Positions 1 through 13,340 of a stretch of 64,000 nt of DNA are shown here, one piece after another (position 1 is the first letter of the stretch; every line of letters begins with the position of its first letter). Both the position numbers and the translations under genes were made by a program. A model generated the notes under the pieces. It was given only the letters and a program-made list of their open reading frames with translations, was not told the DNA's origin and made no database searches. Where the stretch lies: positions 90,458,001-90,522,000 of the forward strand of contig OZ024746.1 of the NCBI GenBank assembly GCA_964016885.1, in the 5' to 3' direction. The stretch comes from Eledone cirrhosa. Lineage: Eukaryota.

Positions 1-960
1 TACATTACTCTATATATACTACTGTATTTTCATGGTAAAGGCTTTACCTCACATAATATCTCACATAACATTTACATTACTCTATATATACTATTGTATT
101 TTCACAGTAAAGGCTTTACCTCACATAATATCTCACATAACATTTACATTACTCTATATATACTATTGTATTTTCACAGTAAAGGCTTTACCTCACATAA
201 TATCTCACATAACATTTACATTACTCTATATTTACTATTGTATTTTCACAGTAAAGGCTTTACCTCACATAATATCTCACATAACATTTACATTACTCTA
301 TATATACTATTGTATTTTCACAGTAAAGGCTTTACCTCACATAATATCTCACATAACATTTACATTACTCTATATATACTATTGTATTTTCACAGTAAAG
401 GCTTTACCTCACAATATCTCACATAACATTTACATTACTCTATATATACTATTGTATTTTCACAGTAAAGGCTTTACCTCACATAATATCTCACATAACA
501 TTTACATTACTCTATATATACTATTGTATTTTCACAGTAAAGGCTTTACCTCACATAATATCTCACATAACATTTACATTACTCTATATATACTATTGTA
601 TTTTCACAGTAAAGGCTTTACCTCACATAATATCTCACATAACATTTACATTACTCTATATATACTATTGTATTTTCACAGTAAAGGCTTTACCTCACAT
701 AATATCTCACATAACATTTACATTACTCTATATATACTATTGTATTTTCACAGTAAAGGCTTTACCTCACATAATATCTCACATAACATTTACATTACTA
801 TATATATACTATTGTATTTTCACAGTAAAGGCTTTACCTCACATAACATTTACATTACTATATATATACTATTGTATTTTCACAGTAATATCTCAATAAT
901 ATTTACATTACTCTATATATATACTATTGCATTTTCATGATAAAGTCTTTATCTCACATA
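1..960 (+). repeat. 72-bp tandem array (~13 units, cut by the window edge) inside a MITE-1 copy ending at 1101
   Basis: Period 72 (tttacattac at 71, 143, 215...); the unit equals the subterminal part of MITE-1. Confidence 0.92.
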
Positions 961-2074
961 ATTTTGAATCTATGAGATTTTGATATTATTTATTTTGAGA
1001 ACAATACCTTAACATCAGTATGAGTGGCTAGTTATGGCCAGTGTGAACAGAAAGAGGTGAGAGAATTCTGGCTGGATACAGCCGGTTTAAATGCAAAAGG
1101 GTAAAGGTTTGTTGCAGTTTGTTAGACATTTGTGACAATCTCACGAAGATTAAAGAGAAATTATCAATATTTTCGTTATTTGGTTATTCAACAGGTTTTT
1201 ACATTCCCATGAGATAATAAATTGAGGTTAATTTAGAAACCTATCTAATGTTATAAAGGTTATCAAAAGAACAATTCACAGAAATTCCATACTCTGTAGG
1301 ATATAGATATAGACCTGAGACATAGTCTGTTTTCTTATGACAAAGAGTACAGTGCACGCATTAATATTATTAACCCTTTAGTATTTACATTACTCTATAT
1401 ATACTATTGTATATAATATCGGATCTATGAGATTTTGATATTATTTATTTTGAGAAGAATACCTTAACATCAGTATGAGTGGCCGATTACAGCCAATTTG
1501 AACAGAAAGAGGTGAGATATTTCTGGCTGGATATGGCTGGTTTAAATGCTAAAGGGTTAACCCTTTTCTTACTATATTTCTATTTCTATGGTAAAGGCTT
1601 TACCTTGCATAATTATCTCACAAGATATCAGATCTACAAGGTTTGGAAGGAACAATCAGTTCTATCAGTATTTGGTAATTATTTTATTGACTCTGAAAAG
1701 CTGAATGTCATCAGTAATGCTACAGAAAAGCCACTTTACAATGTCCATCTCATCATTGTCTCTTCCACTTACCTTCCATATCTTTTTTACTTTTCTTACT
1801 AACACTCATTCTCTCTCATACCACTACAATATCTTACATCCACTCCTTTTCTTCTCCGTTTCTCCTTCAATTTTTGTCTTTCCTTCCTTTCTCTTCCACT
1901 CTCTATATATCTCTTATTCTTTTGGTACCCTTAACCCTTTAGCATTTAAACTGGTCATATCCGGCCAGAATTCTCTCATCTTTTTCTGTTCAAACCGGCC
2001 ATAACCAGCTGCTCATACTGATGTTAAGGTGTTGTTCTCAAAATAAATAATATCAAAATCTCATAGCTTCGATA

Positions 2075-2690
2075 TTATGTTAGATATTTATTTGAGATAA
2101 AGTGTTTACTGTGAAAATACAATAGTAAATATAGAGTAATGTAAATGTTATGTGAAATATTATGTGAGATAAAGTGTTTACTGTGAAAATACAATGGTAA
2201 ATATAGAGTAATGTAAATGTTATGTGAAATATTATGTGAGATAAAGAGTTTACTGTGAAAATACAATAGTAAATATAGAGTAATGTAAATGTTATGTGAG
2301 ATATTATGTGAGGTAAAGCCTTTACTGTGAAAATACAGTAGTATATATAGAGTAATGTAAATGTTATGTGAGATATTATGTGAGGTAAAGTCTTTACTGT
2401 GAAAATACAGTAGTATATATAGAGTAATGTAAATGTTATGTGAGATATTATGTGAGGTAAAGTCTTTACTGTGAAAATACAGTAGTATATATAGAGTAAT
2501 GTAAATGTTATGTGAAATATTATGTGAGGTAAAGCCTTTACTGTGAAAATACAGTAGTATATATAGAGTAATGTAAATGTTATGTGAGATATTATGTGAG
2601 GTAAAACCTTTACTGTGAAAATACAATAGTATATATAGAGTAATGTAAATGTTATGTGAAATATTATGTGAGGTAAAGCCTTTACTGTGA
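2075..2690 (-). repeat. Same 72-bp array in opposite orientation (~8.5 units) inside a MITE-1 copy starting at 1931
   Basis: Reverse complement of the 1-960 unit; preceded by ttaaccctttagcatttaaa. Confidence 0.92.
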
Positions 2691-3116
2691 AGGAGTTTCT
2701 GTTTTCACTGACCAACGAGGCTTATTTGACTTTAATAGAAAGTGCTCCTAGTGCAAGTGGTGCCCATGGCACATGCTATGCTATGCGTGTCATAATCTAG
2801 TTATGCTTACCCATGGCCACTCCACACACCACTTATACAACTCCAGGGCCTACAAGAGAGGGGGGGGGTCCAACCAGTACATTGATCTGGGGCCCAAGAG
2901 CTAAGAAGGCCCTACAGCAACCATGCAACATCCATTTTGAGAAAAATCTTTGCCTGCTTCAGACCCCAGACGGGTCTTGTACCGCCTTGTAAAATTTCTC
3001 TTGAAGGCCTTGTACAACTCCTTAAAGGTCAAGGTCTCAAGTTAACATCTGATACCAGTAATTGACTGTGGACTGTAACTAAATACTGTTTGACAAATGG
3101 CAACCCCGTAATATAC

Positions 3117-4045
3117 TTCTTAGTAACCCTTTCCTTTCTTAGTAACCCTTTCCCTTCTTAGTAACCCTTTCCCTTCTTAGTAACCATTTCCTTTCTTAGT
3201 AACACTTTCCTTCTTAGTAAACCTTTCCTTTCTTAGTAACCCTTTCCTTTCTTAGTAACACTTTCCTTTCTTAGTAACGTTTCCATTCTTAGTAACCCTT
3301 TCCATTCTTAGTAACGTTTCCATTCTTAGTAACCCTTTCCATTCTTAGTAACCCTTTCCTATCTTAGTAACCCTTTCCTATCTTAGTAACACTTTCCTTC
3401 TTAGTAACGCTTTCTTAGTAACCCTTTCATTTCTTAGTAACCCTTTTCTTTCTTAGTAACCCTTCCCTTTCCCTTCTTAGTAAACCTTTCCTATCTTAGT
3501 AACCCTTTCCTTTCTTAGTAACCCTTTCTTTCTTAGCAACCCTTTCCTTTTTTAATAACCCTTTCCTTTCTTACTAACCCTTTCTTTCTTAGTAACCCAT
3601 TCCTTTCTTAGTAACCATTTCCTTTCTTAGTAACACTTTCCTTCTTAGTAAACCTTTCCTTTCTTAGTAACCCTTTCCTTTCTTAGTAACATTTTCCCTT
3701 CTTAGTAACCCTTTCTTTCTTAGTAATCATTTCTTAGTAATCCTTTCCTTTCTCAGTAACTCTTTCTTTCTTAGTAACCCTTTCCTTTCTTAGTAATGCT
3801 TTCCCTTCTTAGTAACCCTTTCCTTTCTTGGTAACCCTTTCCTTTGTTAGTAAACCTTTCCTTTCTTGGTAACCCTTTCCTTTGTTAGTAAACCTTTCCT
3901 TTCTTAGTAACCCTTTGCTTTCTTTGTAACCCTTTCCTTTCTTAGTAACCATTTCCTATCTTAGTAACCCTTTCTTTCTTAGTAACCCTTTCCTTTCTTG
4001 GTAACCCTTTCTTTCTTAGTAACCCTTTCCTTTCTTGGTAACCTT
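3117..4045. repeat. ~19-bp minisatellite CTTAGTAACCCTTTCCTTT
   Basis: About 45-50 imperfect units. Confidence 0.92.
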
Positions 4046-5754
4046 GCATTCATTTTAGTGACATATTTGCCTTGCTTAGAGTGAAAGGAAAGAAAAGACA
4101 AATCTGATTCCAACTATAAGCTTTTAAAAGCTGAATTAAAAAGAGTTTTTAACTAAATATTTTTATTCGGACTGTTTAAGTTTCTGTCATATTTCATCAT
4201 CATGGTCGTCATCATCATCGTTTAATGTTGCCCATTTTCCACACTAGCATGGGTTAGACAAGTTGACCTGTTGTGTGACAAACCAGGTCAGACGACCATC
4301 TCTTGGTCATACAGAACTAATTATGGCTTGGTTTCTTCATCTGGATGCCCTTCTTAATGTAAACCACTTTACAGTGTGTACTGTACTTGGTACATTTTGT
4401 TGTGACACCAACAACCACCTTACAGTGTGGACTGGTTGCTTTTTGTTGTGACACCTACATGACCACTTTACAGTGTCTGCTGTGGGTGTTTTATTGTGTC
4501 ACCTACACAACCACTTTACAGAGTGAACTGGTTGCTTTTTGTTGTGACGCCTACATGACCACTTTATAGTGTGGACTGGGTACTTTTTGTCATGACACTT
4601 ATGCGACCACTCTACAGTGTGGGCTTAGCACTTTTTGTTGTGTCACCTACATCAACACTTTATAGTGTGGACTGGGTGCTTTTTGAATTATCATATTTAT
4701 TAATCTGGCTTGTATGAATTTAACTCACCAAAAATCAAACTATGGTGATAGGGCCTAACAAGTATTTATTATTTTGTTGTTGTAAAGTACCAATAATACA
4801 CTGGGATAATTACTGGCCTTGTGCCAAATGTGGAAACAATTATTTTGTTGTGGTTAACTTTGCCTTTAATCCTTACGGGTTTGATAAAATAAAGTACCAG
4901 TAATGTACTGGGGTAATTGCTGGCCTTGTGCCAAAAGTAGAAACAATTATTTTGTTGTCTGGTGATTGAAATTTTCTTTAACCCCTTGCCCTTTACATTA
5001 CTCTATTAGAGCTTCACCTCACATAATTATCTCACATAATTACCTCACATGATTATCTTACATAATTATCTCACATAATATCAAATCTATGAGATTTTGA
5101 TATTATTTATTTTGGGAACAATACCATAATATCGGTATAAGCAGCCAGTTGCAGCCAATTTAAACAGAAAGATGTGAGAGAATTGTGGTGGACATGGCTG
5201 GTTTAAATGCGAAAGTTTTAAGCCACCTTGCAATCACTTACTCTGTAACAAAACCACAGGTATATTATCTTAATTATTGTAGACTGAGTATCTTGCTACA
5301 AGAGCAGCTAAGTTATTGGTATGTAACTTAATGACTTTATCTTTTTTTAATCACCTAGACAGAGATGGAGAACTAAAAACCTAATTAACTTGTATTTTCA
5401 AGTCTGTACACATCATATGCCACTACTAAATTCAATACTGATTGCGTGTAATATCTCTTTTGTTTAGCTGTCAATGTTGTCCTAATGTAATCAAACTGGT
5501 TTAATATCTTGGCCACACAATACATACTTCAGTTTGATGCAGTTTAATTTTACTATATGAGAGTTGGCTGATACGTTTATAGGCTGACCAAGATACTTTC
5601 ATAGAATGACCAAGTGAGGTTTATCTTTTCAACATATTCTCAAGAAAGAAACACTGCAGTTATTAATAAGAATAGTTGAAGTAATGCATGCAAAATTTCA
5701 CAGCTCTAGCATAATTTTTTCATAGTCAACATATGAACATTTCAGCCAACTCGC

Positions 5755-5785
<31 letters not shown>

Positions 5786-7735
5786 CATAGACACATACAT
5801 ACGAGGGTTGACTGAAAAGTTCATAGGCTGACCAAGGTACTCTCATGGAATGAACAATTGAGGTTTATTTTTTCGACATAGTCACTGGTAAGAAACAATG
5901 TAGTTATTAATAAGAACAGTTGAATTTAATGCATGCAAGATTTCACAGCTCTAGTATTACTCCTTCATAGTCAGCCGATCCTCTTGGTATCTATTCAATT
6001 AATATCTTATCTAAATAATCTTCTTTGTCATAATAACTGTTTCTACTTTTGGAACAAGGCCAGCAATTATCCCAGTGTATTACTGGTACTTTATTTTATC
6101 GACCCTGTAAGGATGAAAGGCAAAGTTAACCTAGCGGGATTTGAACTCAGATCATAAAGAGAGGTAACTCTTTGCTTCAAAGCATGGCGTCCGACCTTCT
6201 ACCGATACTGCCAATCCACCCCCAACACAGCCGTGCCCTAGGCCCAGAACCCATCACCCTCCCATTCTTCTGTCACCCTAGTGCCCTTGCCTTTCCCTTC
6301 CTTTTCAGGAAGACACATGCATTTTTAAAAATTAACCTTAGACTTACAAACAGCTCATCTACATAATAAATGTTTTTTTAAAATAAAATGATATAAAGAT
6401 AATTTGGTCTTTTCTTTCACAGAAATTTTTAATTCAGAATAAAAACAATTTAGACATTGCATTATATATAACTGAGGATTAGTTTTTTTCTTCACTTCTG
6501 CTTTGAGTTTTACTTTTAGAAGAATATCTTTTAAACAAGGTGAAAATAATTTTTTGCTTAATTTCATTTGCTATATTGTTTGTATGCTTGGTAAAACATC
6601 TTTAATATCACTTATATGAAAACCAATATGACGTTTTTTAGCCTTTCGTACCATATGTTCTACTTTTGTTATCAACCCATTATTCTAATGAATTTTTATA
6701 GTTTTGCATAGCTGGCTAGCCCACATGTAGAGCAATTAAATCTGAGTATTCATTGCAACTGTAGATTAGATTTAAAACAATATGGTAGATTGCAAAAGTC
6801 AGTTATAAACCATAAAGAATACATTGATTATTTTATATTCATCCATCTTACAGAAAAACATGAGTTGTATCATCATCATCATTTTTACGTCTGTAGTTTC
6901 CATGCTTGCATAGGTTGGATGGGTTTTTAACTCTTTAACATTTAAACCAGCCATATCCAGCCTGAATTCTCTCATCTCTTTCTGTTCAAACCGGCTGTAA
7001 CTGGCTGCTCATATTTATGTTACGGTATTCTTCTCAAAATAAATAATATCAAAATCTCCTAGATTCAATGTTATGTCAGAATATTATATGAGATAAAACC
7101 TTTACCATGAAAATACAATAGTAAATACAGAGTAATGTAACTGCTAAAGGGTTAATTCATCTTTCAGTTCCAACACAGGGTTTCAAGCTAACACTATATT
7201 TAGTAGCTATAGTATAGATTACTTTCTATGTAAAATTGTGAATCTGCAGGTAACTAAAAGATTATTTGCCTTGATTTTTTAGCTGTCTTTTAAACTGCTG
7301 ACCACCTGTAGGGGTGCAGTTGCTGACCACCTGTAGGGGTGCAGCTGTTGACCACCTGTAGGGGTGCAGTTGTTGAGAAATAATCAAGGAATCACTTCAG
7401 TTATAAACTGAAGCCTGCCATATATCAACTTAGTTTTTGGTTGTTTGCATTCACAATACTCTCTGTTTACTATTGTATTTTCATGGCAAAAGCTTTATCT
7501 CACATAATATCAAATCTATGAGGTTTTGATATTATTTATTTGGAGAACAATACCTTAACATCAGTATGAGTGGCCGGTTACAGCTGATTTGATCAGAAAG
7601 AGTTGAGAGAATTCTGGTCAGATATGGCCAGTTTAAATGCTACAAGGTTAATAAATATCGCTAACGCAGTTACGTTCTTCCAAGAATTGTTGCTTAATCC
7701 AGTCTTTAAATAGAATGAGGAAAAGAAAAGTACTG

Positions 7736-9015
7736 TATCATCATCATTGTTTTTACATCCACTTTTCTACACTTGCATGGGTTGGATGGATCGTTCTCAG
7801 CATGGCATCTCTCCACATGCTGCAATCATTCCTCTGTGAATCTCAGCAATTTGAGGTCAGCACTCACAACCTCTGCCTAGGTCTTTCTTGGTCTACCTCT
7901 ACTGCCACTTCCTTCCACTGTCATTTCCTGGCACTTCGTCACACAATGATCATTGTCTATACACATCACATGTCCAAACCAATGCAGTTTTTTTATCTTG
8001 CATACTACCTTGAATTCCTCATAAACCCAGCTTCTCCCTCAACTCGTCCAAGCTGTGCCTTTCTCTCACTTACATTGCACATCCAACAGAGCATGGTTGC
8101 TTCATTTCTCTGCAGTCACACCCGATGTTTCACTACTATGCAGCATTACACTTTGCATACAGGCATCATATAGTCATCCTTTTGTACGTAGAGAGAAACC
8201 TTTTGTGGTTAACAGTGGGAGTAGCTCTTTGAACTTTTTCCGTCATATCCTTGTTCTAGCTATTCTTCTCTCAGAGCACCCTCCTCCATTGCTATGTTGT
8301 CTTGATAGCAGAAGCTATCAACCACTTCTATGGGTTCTTCCAGTAAATAGGTTTACACCACTACTTATCTTCCCGTAAGTTACCTCTGTGCATTGCTACA
8401 AAGTCTACCATTCCTGTTAGTCTACTCGTTATCCCACTACATCTCTTGTGTACCCAAGATTTACATTGTGTACATTGTATGGAGTTTATGCCTACTCCCT
8501 TTCTACATATTGAGCAGGACCACTTCCCTGAAGGAATCAGGGTCCTATCTTCTCTCTAGTATTTTAGTTTTGGCTAAATTTACTCTTAGGCCATTAGATT
8601 CTAAGTTCTGTTTCCATAGTTGGAACTTATTGTCTAGGTCTTTCTTGGTTTTTCCCTATAAGGACCAGATCACCCACATAGAGAAGTTTCCATGGGTAGC
8701 CAGTCTTAAACTCCTCTGTTATAGCTTGGAGGACTATAATAAATAGTAGTGGGCTAAGAATTGAACCTTGATGTGAACTCCTACTTGCACCTTGAATTCC
8801 TCACGAAACTCATTTCCTACTCTCACTTTACTGACAGCTCCTCTGTACATAGCTTGCACTACTCTCACCAACCATTCTTCTACATCTAATTTCCTTAAGG
8901 ACCACCAGATAATAGATCAGGGTACTCTGTCAAATGCCTTTTCTATGTCAATGAAAGCTAGGTATGGTGGCTTATTTTTGGCTAAGAACTTCTCTTGTAG
9001 TTGCCTCAATATAAG
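7736..9015 (-). mobile_element. Degraded 5'-truncated RTE LINE (related subfamily)
   Basis: Minus-strand remnants of KAFDRVP, SPLLFIIVLQAITEEFKTG; (CAT)n tail at ~7736-7750. Confidence 0.8.
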
Positions 9016-10243
9016 CTGATATGAATATAAGTCAACTCCACTATTTTATGTCTGAGAAATGGGAAACAATCTAATATTATACAAGGGTGGGCTGACTATG
9101 AAGGGGTTGATGCTAGAGCTGTGAAATCTATCATGCATTAATTTCAACTGCCTTGTTTCTTTCCAGGCACTATGTTGAAAAATGAACCTCATTTGGTCAT
9201 TCCATGAGAGTATCTTGGTCAGCTTATGAAGGAGTGACGCTAGAGCTGTGAAATCTTTCATACATTAATTTAAACTCTATTTTGGTCAGCCTATGAACTT
9301 CTCAGTTGACCCAGATAAGTGGAAATGCACAGTTAATAGCACCAAGATTGAATCAGTTCACATTAGAATGAAGAGATCTAAGAATATATCAACATTAACT
9401 TTGCCTTTCATCCTTACGGGGTCGATAAAATAAAGTACCTTGTGCCAAAAGTAGAAACAATTAATGTTCATATGAAAAACCTAAAAGTACACAACATTAA
9501 CTAAATAGCTTTTAGGCACAATTATATGTTTCTAGCTAACTTCCATTTTATTCTATCTAATCAATACAATTGCACTTATAACATATTCAGAATGTTCTAC
9601 AAATTTCAGTAGGGTTAGTCCTTTGCTCAGCCTTTACAGAAGTGCTTTGTTCACATCAATCAATAGTAATGTTACCCAGCAGCATCAAAACTTTCATAAA
9701 CTTTTTAAAAAAAATGATATTTTCACAATAGAGACAGCAACTTGTTTCCTCTGACTCAATCTCTATTTGCTACATCATCATCATCCTCATCATTTAACCT
9801 CTATTTTCCACGCTAGCATGGGTCAGATGGGTTTGTCCCATTAGAGGCAAGAGGGTCGGGTGACTGTGTCTTGCTCATATAGGACTGTTTTTGGCTAGAT
9901 TTCTACAGCTAGATGTCCTTCCTAACACCAACCCCATTGCTACATTATAATTATTTCTAATTTAGGCACAAGGCCAGCAATCTGTGGACAGGTGAAAGTC
10001 AATTACACTGACTCATGTATTTTACTGGTAGTTTATTTTATCAACTTCAAAAGCTGACCTTGGCAAGGTTTGAACACAGAACGTAAAGAGTCAGCTCAAA
10101 TGCTGCTAAACATTTGTCTGACACTCTCTCAATCCGCCACCGTCTATTTGCTACACTGCTATCTTGATCATACATTATTTCAGTATCCATAGTGTATCAA
10201 TATATACCATCAGATTTCACCATTAAATCTATCTCCAAATGAA

Positions 10244-10462
10244 TTAACCCTTTAGCATTTAAACCGGTCATATCCGGCCAAAATTCTCTCACTTCTTTCT
10301 GTTCAAACTGGCCTCTCATATTTATGTTAAGGTATTCTTTTTAAAATAAATAATATCAAAATATCACAGATTCGATATCATGTGAGATAATTATGAGAGG
10401 TAAAGTCTTTACTATGAAAATACAATAGTAAATATAGAGTAATGTAAATGCTAAAGGGTTAA
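10244..10462. mobile_element. piggyBac-type MITE family 1 (~210 bp), reference copy. About 19 copies or fragments, e.g. 1370-1560, 6926-7154, 21220-21424, 27027-27242, 30238-30461, 32367-32783 (two), 33763-33980, 34417-34640, 42732-43151 (two), 54528-54746, 62760-62976
   Basis: TTAA|CCCTTTAGCATTTA ... TAAATGCTAAAGGG|TTAA: terminal inverted repeats starting CCC with a TTAA target duplication, the piggyBac hallmark; no ORF. Confidence 0.88.
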
Positions 10463-10859
10463 TGCTGTTTTTAACACAATTTCATCCTTCATGTTGGACT
10501 GTGTATCTCTCACCTGCCCTGTTCAGCAATGTTGTGATGGTAATCAAAACAAATGATGATAATCAAAACAAACAGACCTTGTATATAACTAAGTTAATTC
10601 AATAAATAAACTAAATATTACCCTCCACTGTGGTTGTTTCAATCTTTGGAGCCTTTCTTACTAGTGCAAATGAAAAATAAAACAAATGAGTAGGTGCAGC
10701 TCACATTGTTTGAGGCTTGATTTCCACTGTGGCATGTTAGGCATCTTTTACTGAAAGCTTGTGTTGACCAATACACTGGGAGGAGAATTTGGCAAATGGA
10801 ATTTCATTGTGTATAAAATGGTGTTGAGTCACCCCTCAAAATGTAACATATTTCTGTCT

Positions 10860-11120
10860 GATTTCTTCTCCCTCGGGTCAGAGTCCTCAAGCATGCTTTC
10901 CAGTAGGTTCTGTTGGAAGCAACCATCGCCAGTTGATCCAGCTGGATACCCAAGTGTGATCAGCTGAGCTCATAGATGTTATCCAACCATCTTTCTCTGG
11001 GTCTTCCCCTAGGTCTCCTGCCAGTTGGTTTTGCCCGTAAAATCTGTCCAGCGATTCTTTCCTCGGACATTCTAACTACACATCCATAGTATTGGCGCTG
11101 TGATCTCTCAATTCGGAGGA
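10860..11120 (-). mobile_element. 3' fragment of the same second RTE-type family
   Basis: Reverse-complement match to 28388-28650 (ccagttgatccagctggatacccaag; ctcctgccagttggttttgccc). Confidence 0.75.
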
Positions 11121-12167
11121 AGAAGTGGCTATTTTAACGAATGGATAAATACTAGAGCTGATATAATTGACTAAAACCATTGAAGATGATGTCTTTAGGT
11201 GTAGCACTGTTGATCGGTGAGACTGTCCAGTAGACATGCACATGATAGGCAGTAGAGATTGTGTTTAAAATATAGACACATAAGACATCATCAACATCAT
11301 CATCACCATTTAACGTCCATTTTTCCACGCTTGCATGGGTTGGATGGGCCGTCTATTCAGAGAGGCAAGTCTGGCCAGAGTTGGCCATGTCGCATCTTGT
11401 TCCGGCAAGGACTGTAAATTTGTCTGGGTATTTTATAGCTGGATGCCTTCCTAACACCAACCACATTTACAACCTGTGCAAATTTAGAGTCAAGATTACA
11501 CAACAGTACAAAAGAGATGTAATTCTCATAGCAACTTACATCAATTTGATGCAAATCTTAACTATAAATACTTAACATGACAGGATTCTAGCTACTTATG
11601 ACTCATTCAGACTGTCTGGATATACAGTGTTTACACAGACATCTTTCTGGTGTCTGCACCAAACTGTGGTCCAACATCCATATATGTGGTAGGGCACATA
11701 TGACTGGGATCCTTGTAATTAAAAAAAAAGCACCAAAGTAACCTCCTTGTTGGAAGGGAGCCACTTATACTTGCATAGGTGTGAACTGTAAATTTCATTT
11801 TTCCTTTTCACCACCCACATATCTAATGCAAAGCTTACAAACCATAACTAACTCATCATGATTATCATCCTCATCATCACCATCAGTTGACTGCTTTCCC
11901 TGCTAGCTGGATTAACTGATAAAATTCTTGTATTCTAGAACATCCTTCTTTAATCTCTGCCGCAACATTCTCATCGTCATCTAAAATAGAGCCATTTTTT
12001 TTTCATTTTCAGAAAGTTTTCTTTTCTTTCTGTCTCTCTTTTTTCTTCTTTTTCATTCAATTAAGGTAACAGAGAACATTCTGTTGATGAAAAGCTAGCA
12101 AGAGGTCTAAAAAATTTTTAATAAATAAAAAAATACATAGCTTGTGTACAACTCTAATTTTGTTTTG

Positions 12168-12262
12168 CATTCAAATCATTGTTATTTAAAACAAATGACA
12201 TTCAAATCATTGTTATTTAAAACAAATGACATTCAAATCATTGTTATTTAAAACAAATGACA
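12168..12262. repeat. 31-bp unit x3 (also a 26-bp unit x3 at 7295-7372)
   Basis: cattcaaatcattgttatttaaaacaaatga repeated three times. Confidence 0.9.
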
Positions 12263-13191
12263 ACTATAAAAATTTTTTTGTTTTTTTTTTGTTGTATATA
12301 ATTTGAGGCACACATCTAAAAAAGGGATACATTCATTTTGTTTTCTTTTTCTTTTAGAAAGGGGAAGAGTAAGCCCATAGCCTTGAAGTTCAAAGTTTAT
12401 GTCATTGTGCAACATTAAAAAAACAAAAAAAAAACTGAGAGGAGGAGAAGGAGTGAATAAGAGAAACATCGAAAGGTAAGGAAGTTTGAAAAAGAGCACC
12501 ACACCCCACAAAACTATCAATAAATGCAAGGCAAGGAACTATCAAAGCTGTTTACCAAACAACATTTGATAACTGCTATATTAGACATTAATAGAAAAAT
12601 GGGCAGCTTGTGTGATTTAATCAATTGTAGACTAATGAATCTTACAAGTTAGTTACCTTGTCCATTATAAGAAAATGGAACAAGAAAAAAAGAAAAAAAA
12701 GGAGCAGGAGAGAAGAGAGAGAGCAGGGGAAGGGGGAGTGTATGTAGCCATTAATTATTTGTTTACATTGAAAAAGGTAATGCATATTTTTTTCCAAATA
12801 TTTCAGTTCACTCCTTTTCTATTTTAAAAATTCCAACACACAAAGAATAGCAGAGGATGGAAGGGAGTGATGTGAAATAAAGGGAGAATGAGAAGAAGAG
12901 GAGGGCTGTAGGGTAGAGTTGAATTTGAATTTCAACTTTTTCATAATATTAAAGTACATGATTGTCACTTGAGCTGCAAATCTTTGGGGTAGGAAATAAA
13001 AAAATAAAAAAATAATGATAATAACTCCACAGTTATAAGTGGTCTTAGACAGCTGTTGACAAAGAATATCCTTAAATTTGGAGAGTGGAAAAAAATTAAA
13101 AGAAAAAAGATTTTTTTTTTGTTTGTACCACTAAAATGTTGACAGAACAGGTAATATATAGTAACAAGAAATCAGTGACAAAAAGTTTCAC

Positions 13192-13340
13192 TTAATAATA
13201 ATAATAATAATAATAATTGTAATGATAATGATAGTAATGATAATAATAATAATAGTAATAATAGTAGTAGTAATAATGATAATAGTAATCATAATGATAG
13301 TAATAGTAATGATAATAATAATAATAATAATAATAATATG
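13192..13340. repeat. (AAT)n/(ATAGTA)n microsatellite
   Basis: Direct inspection. Confidence 0.9.

Noticed and set aside
32-940. ORFs with 24-aa repeats (also 2075-2715)
   Set aside because: By-product of the 72-bp MITE-derived array; open in several frames.
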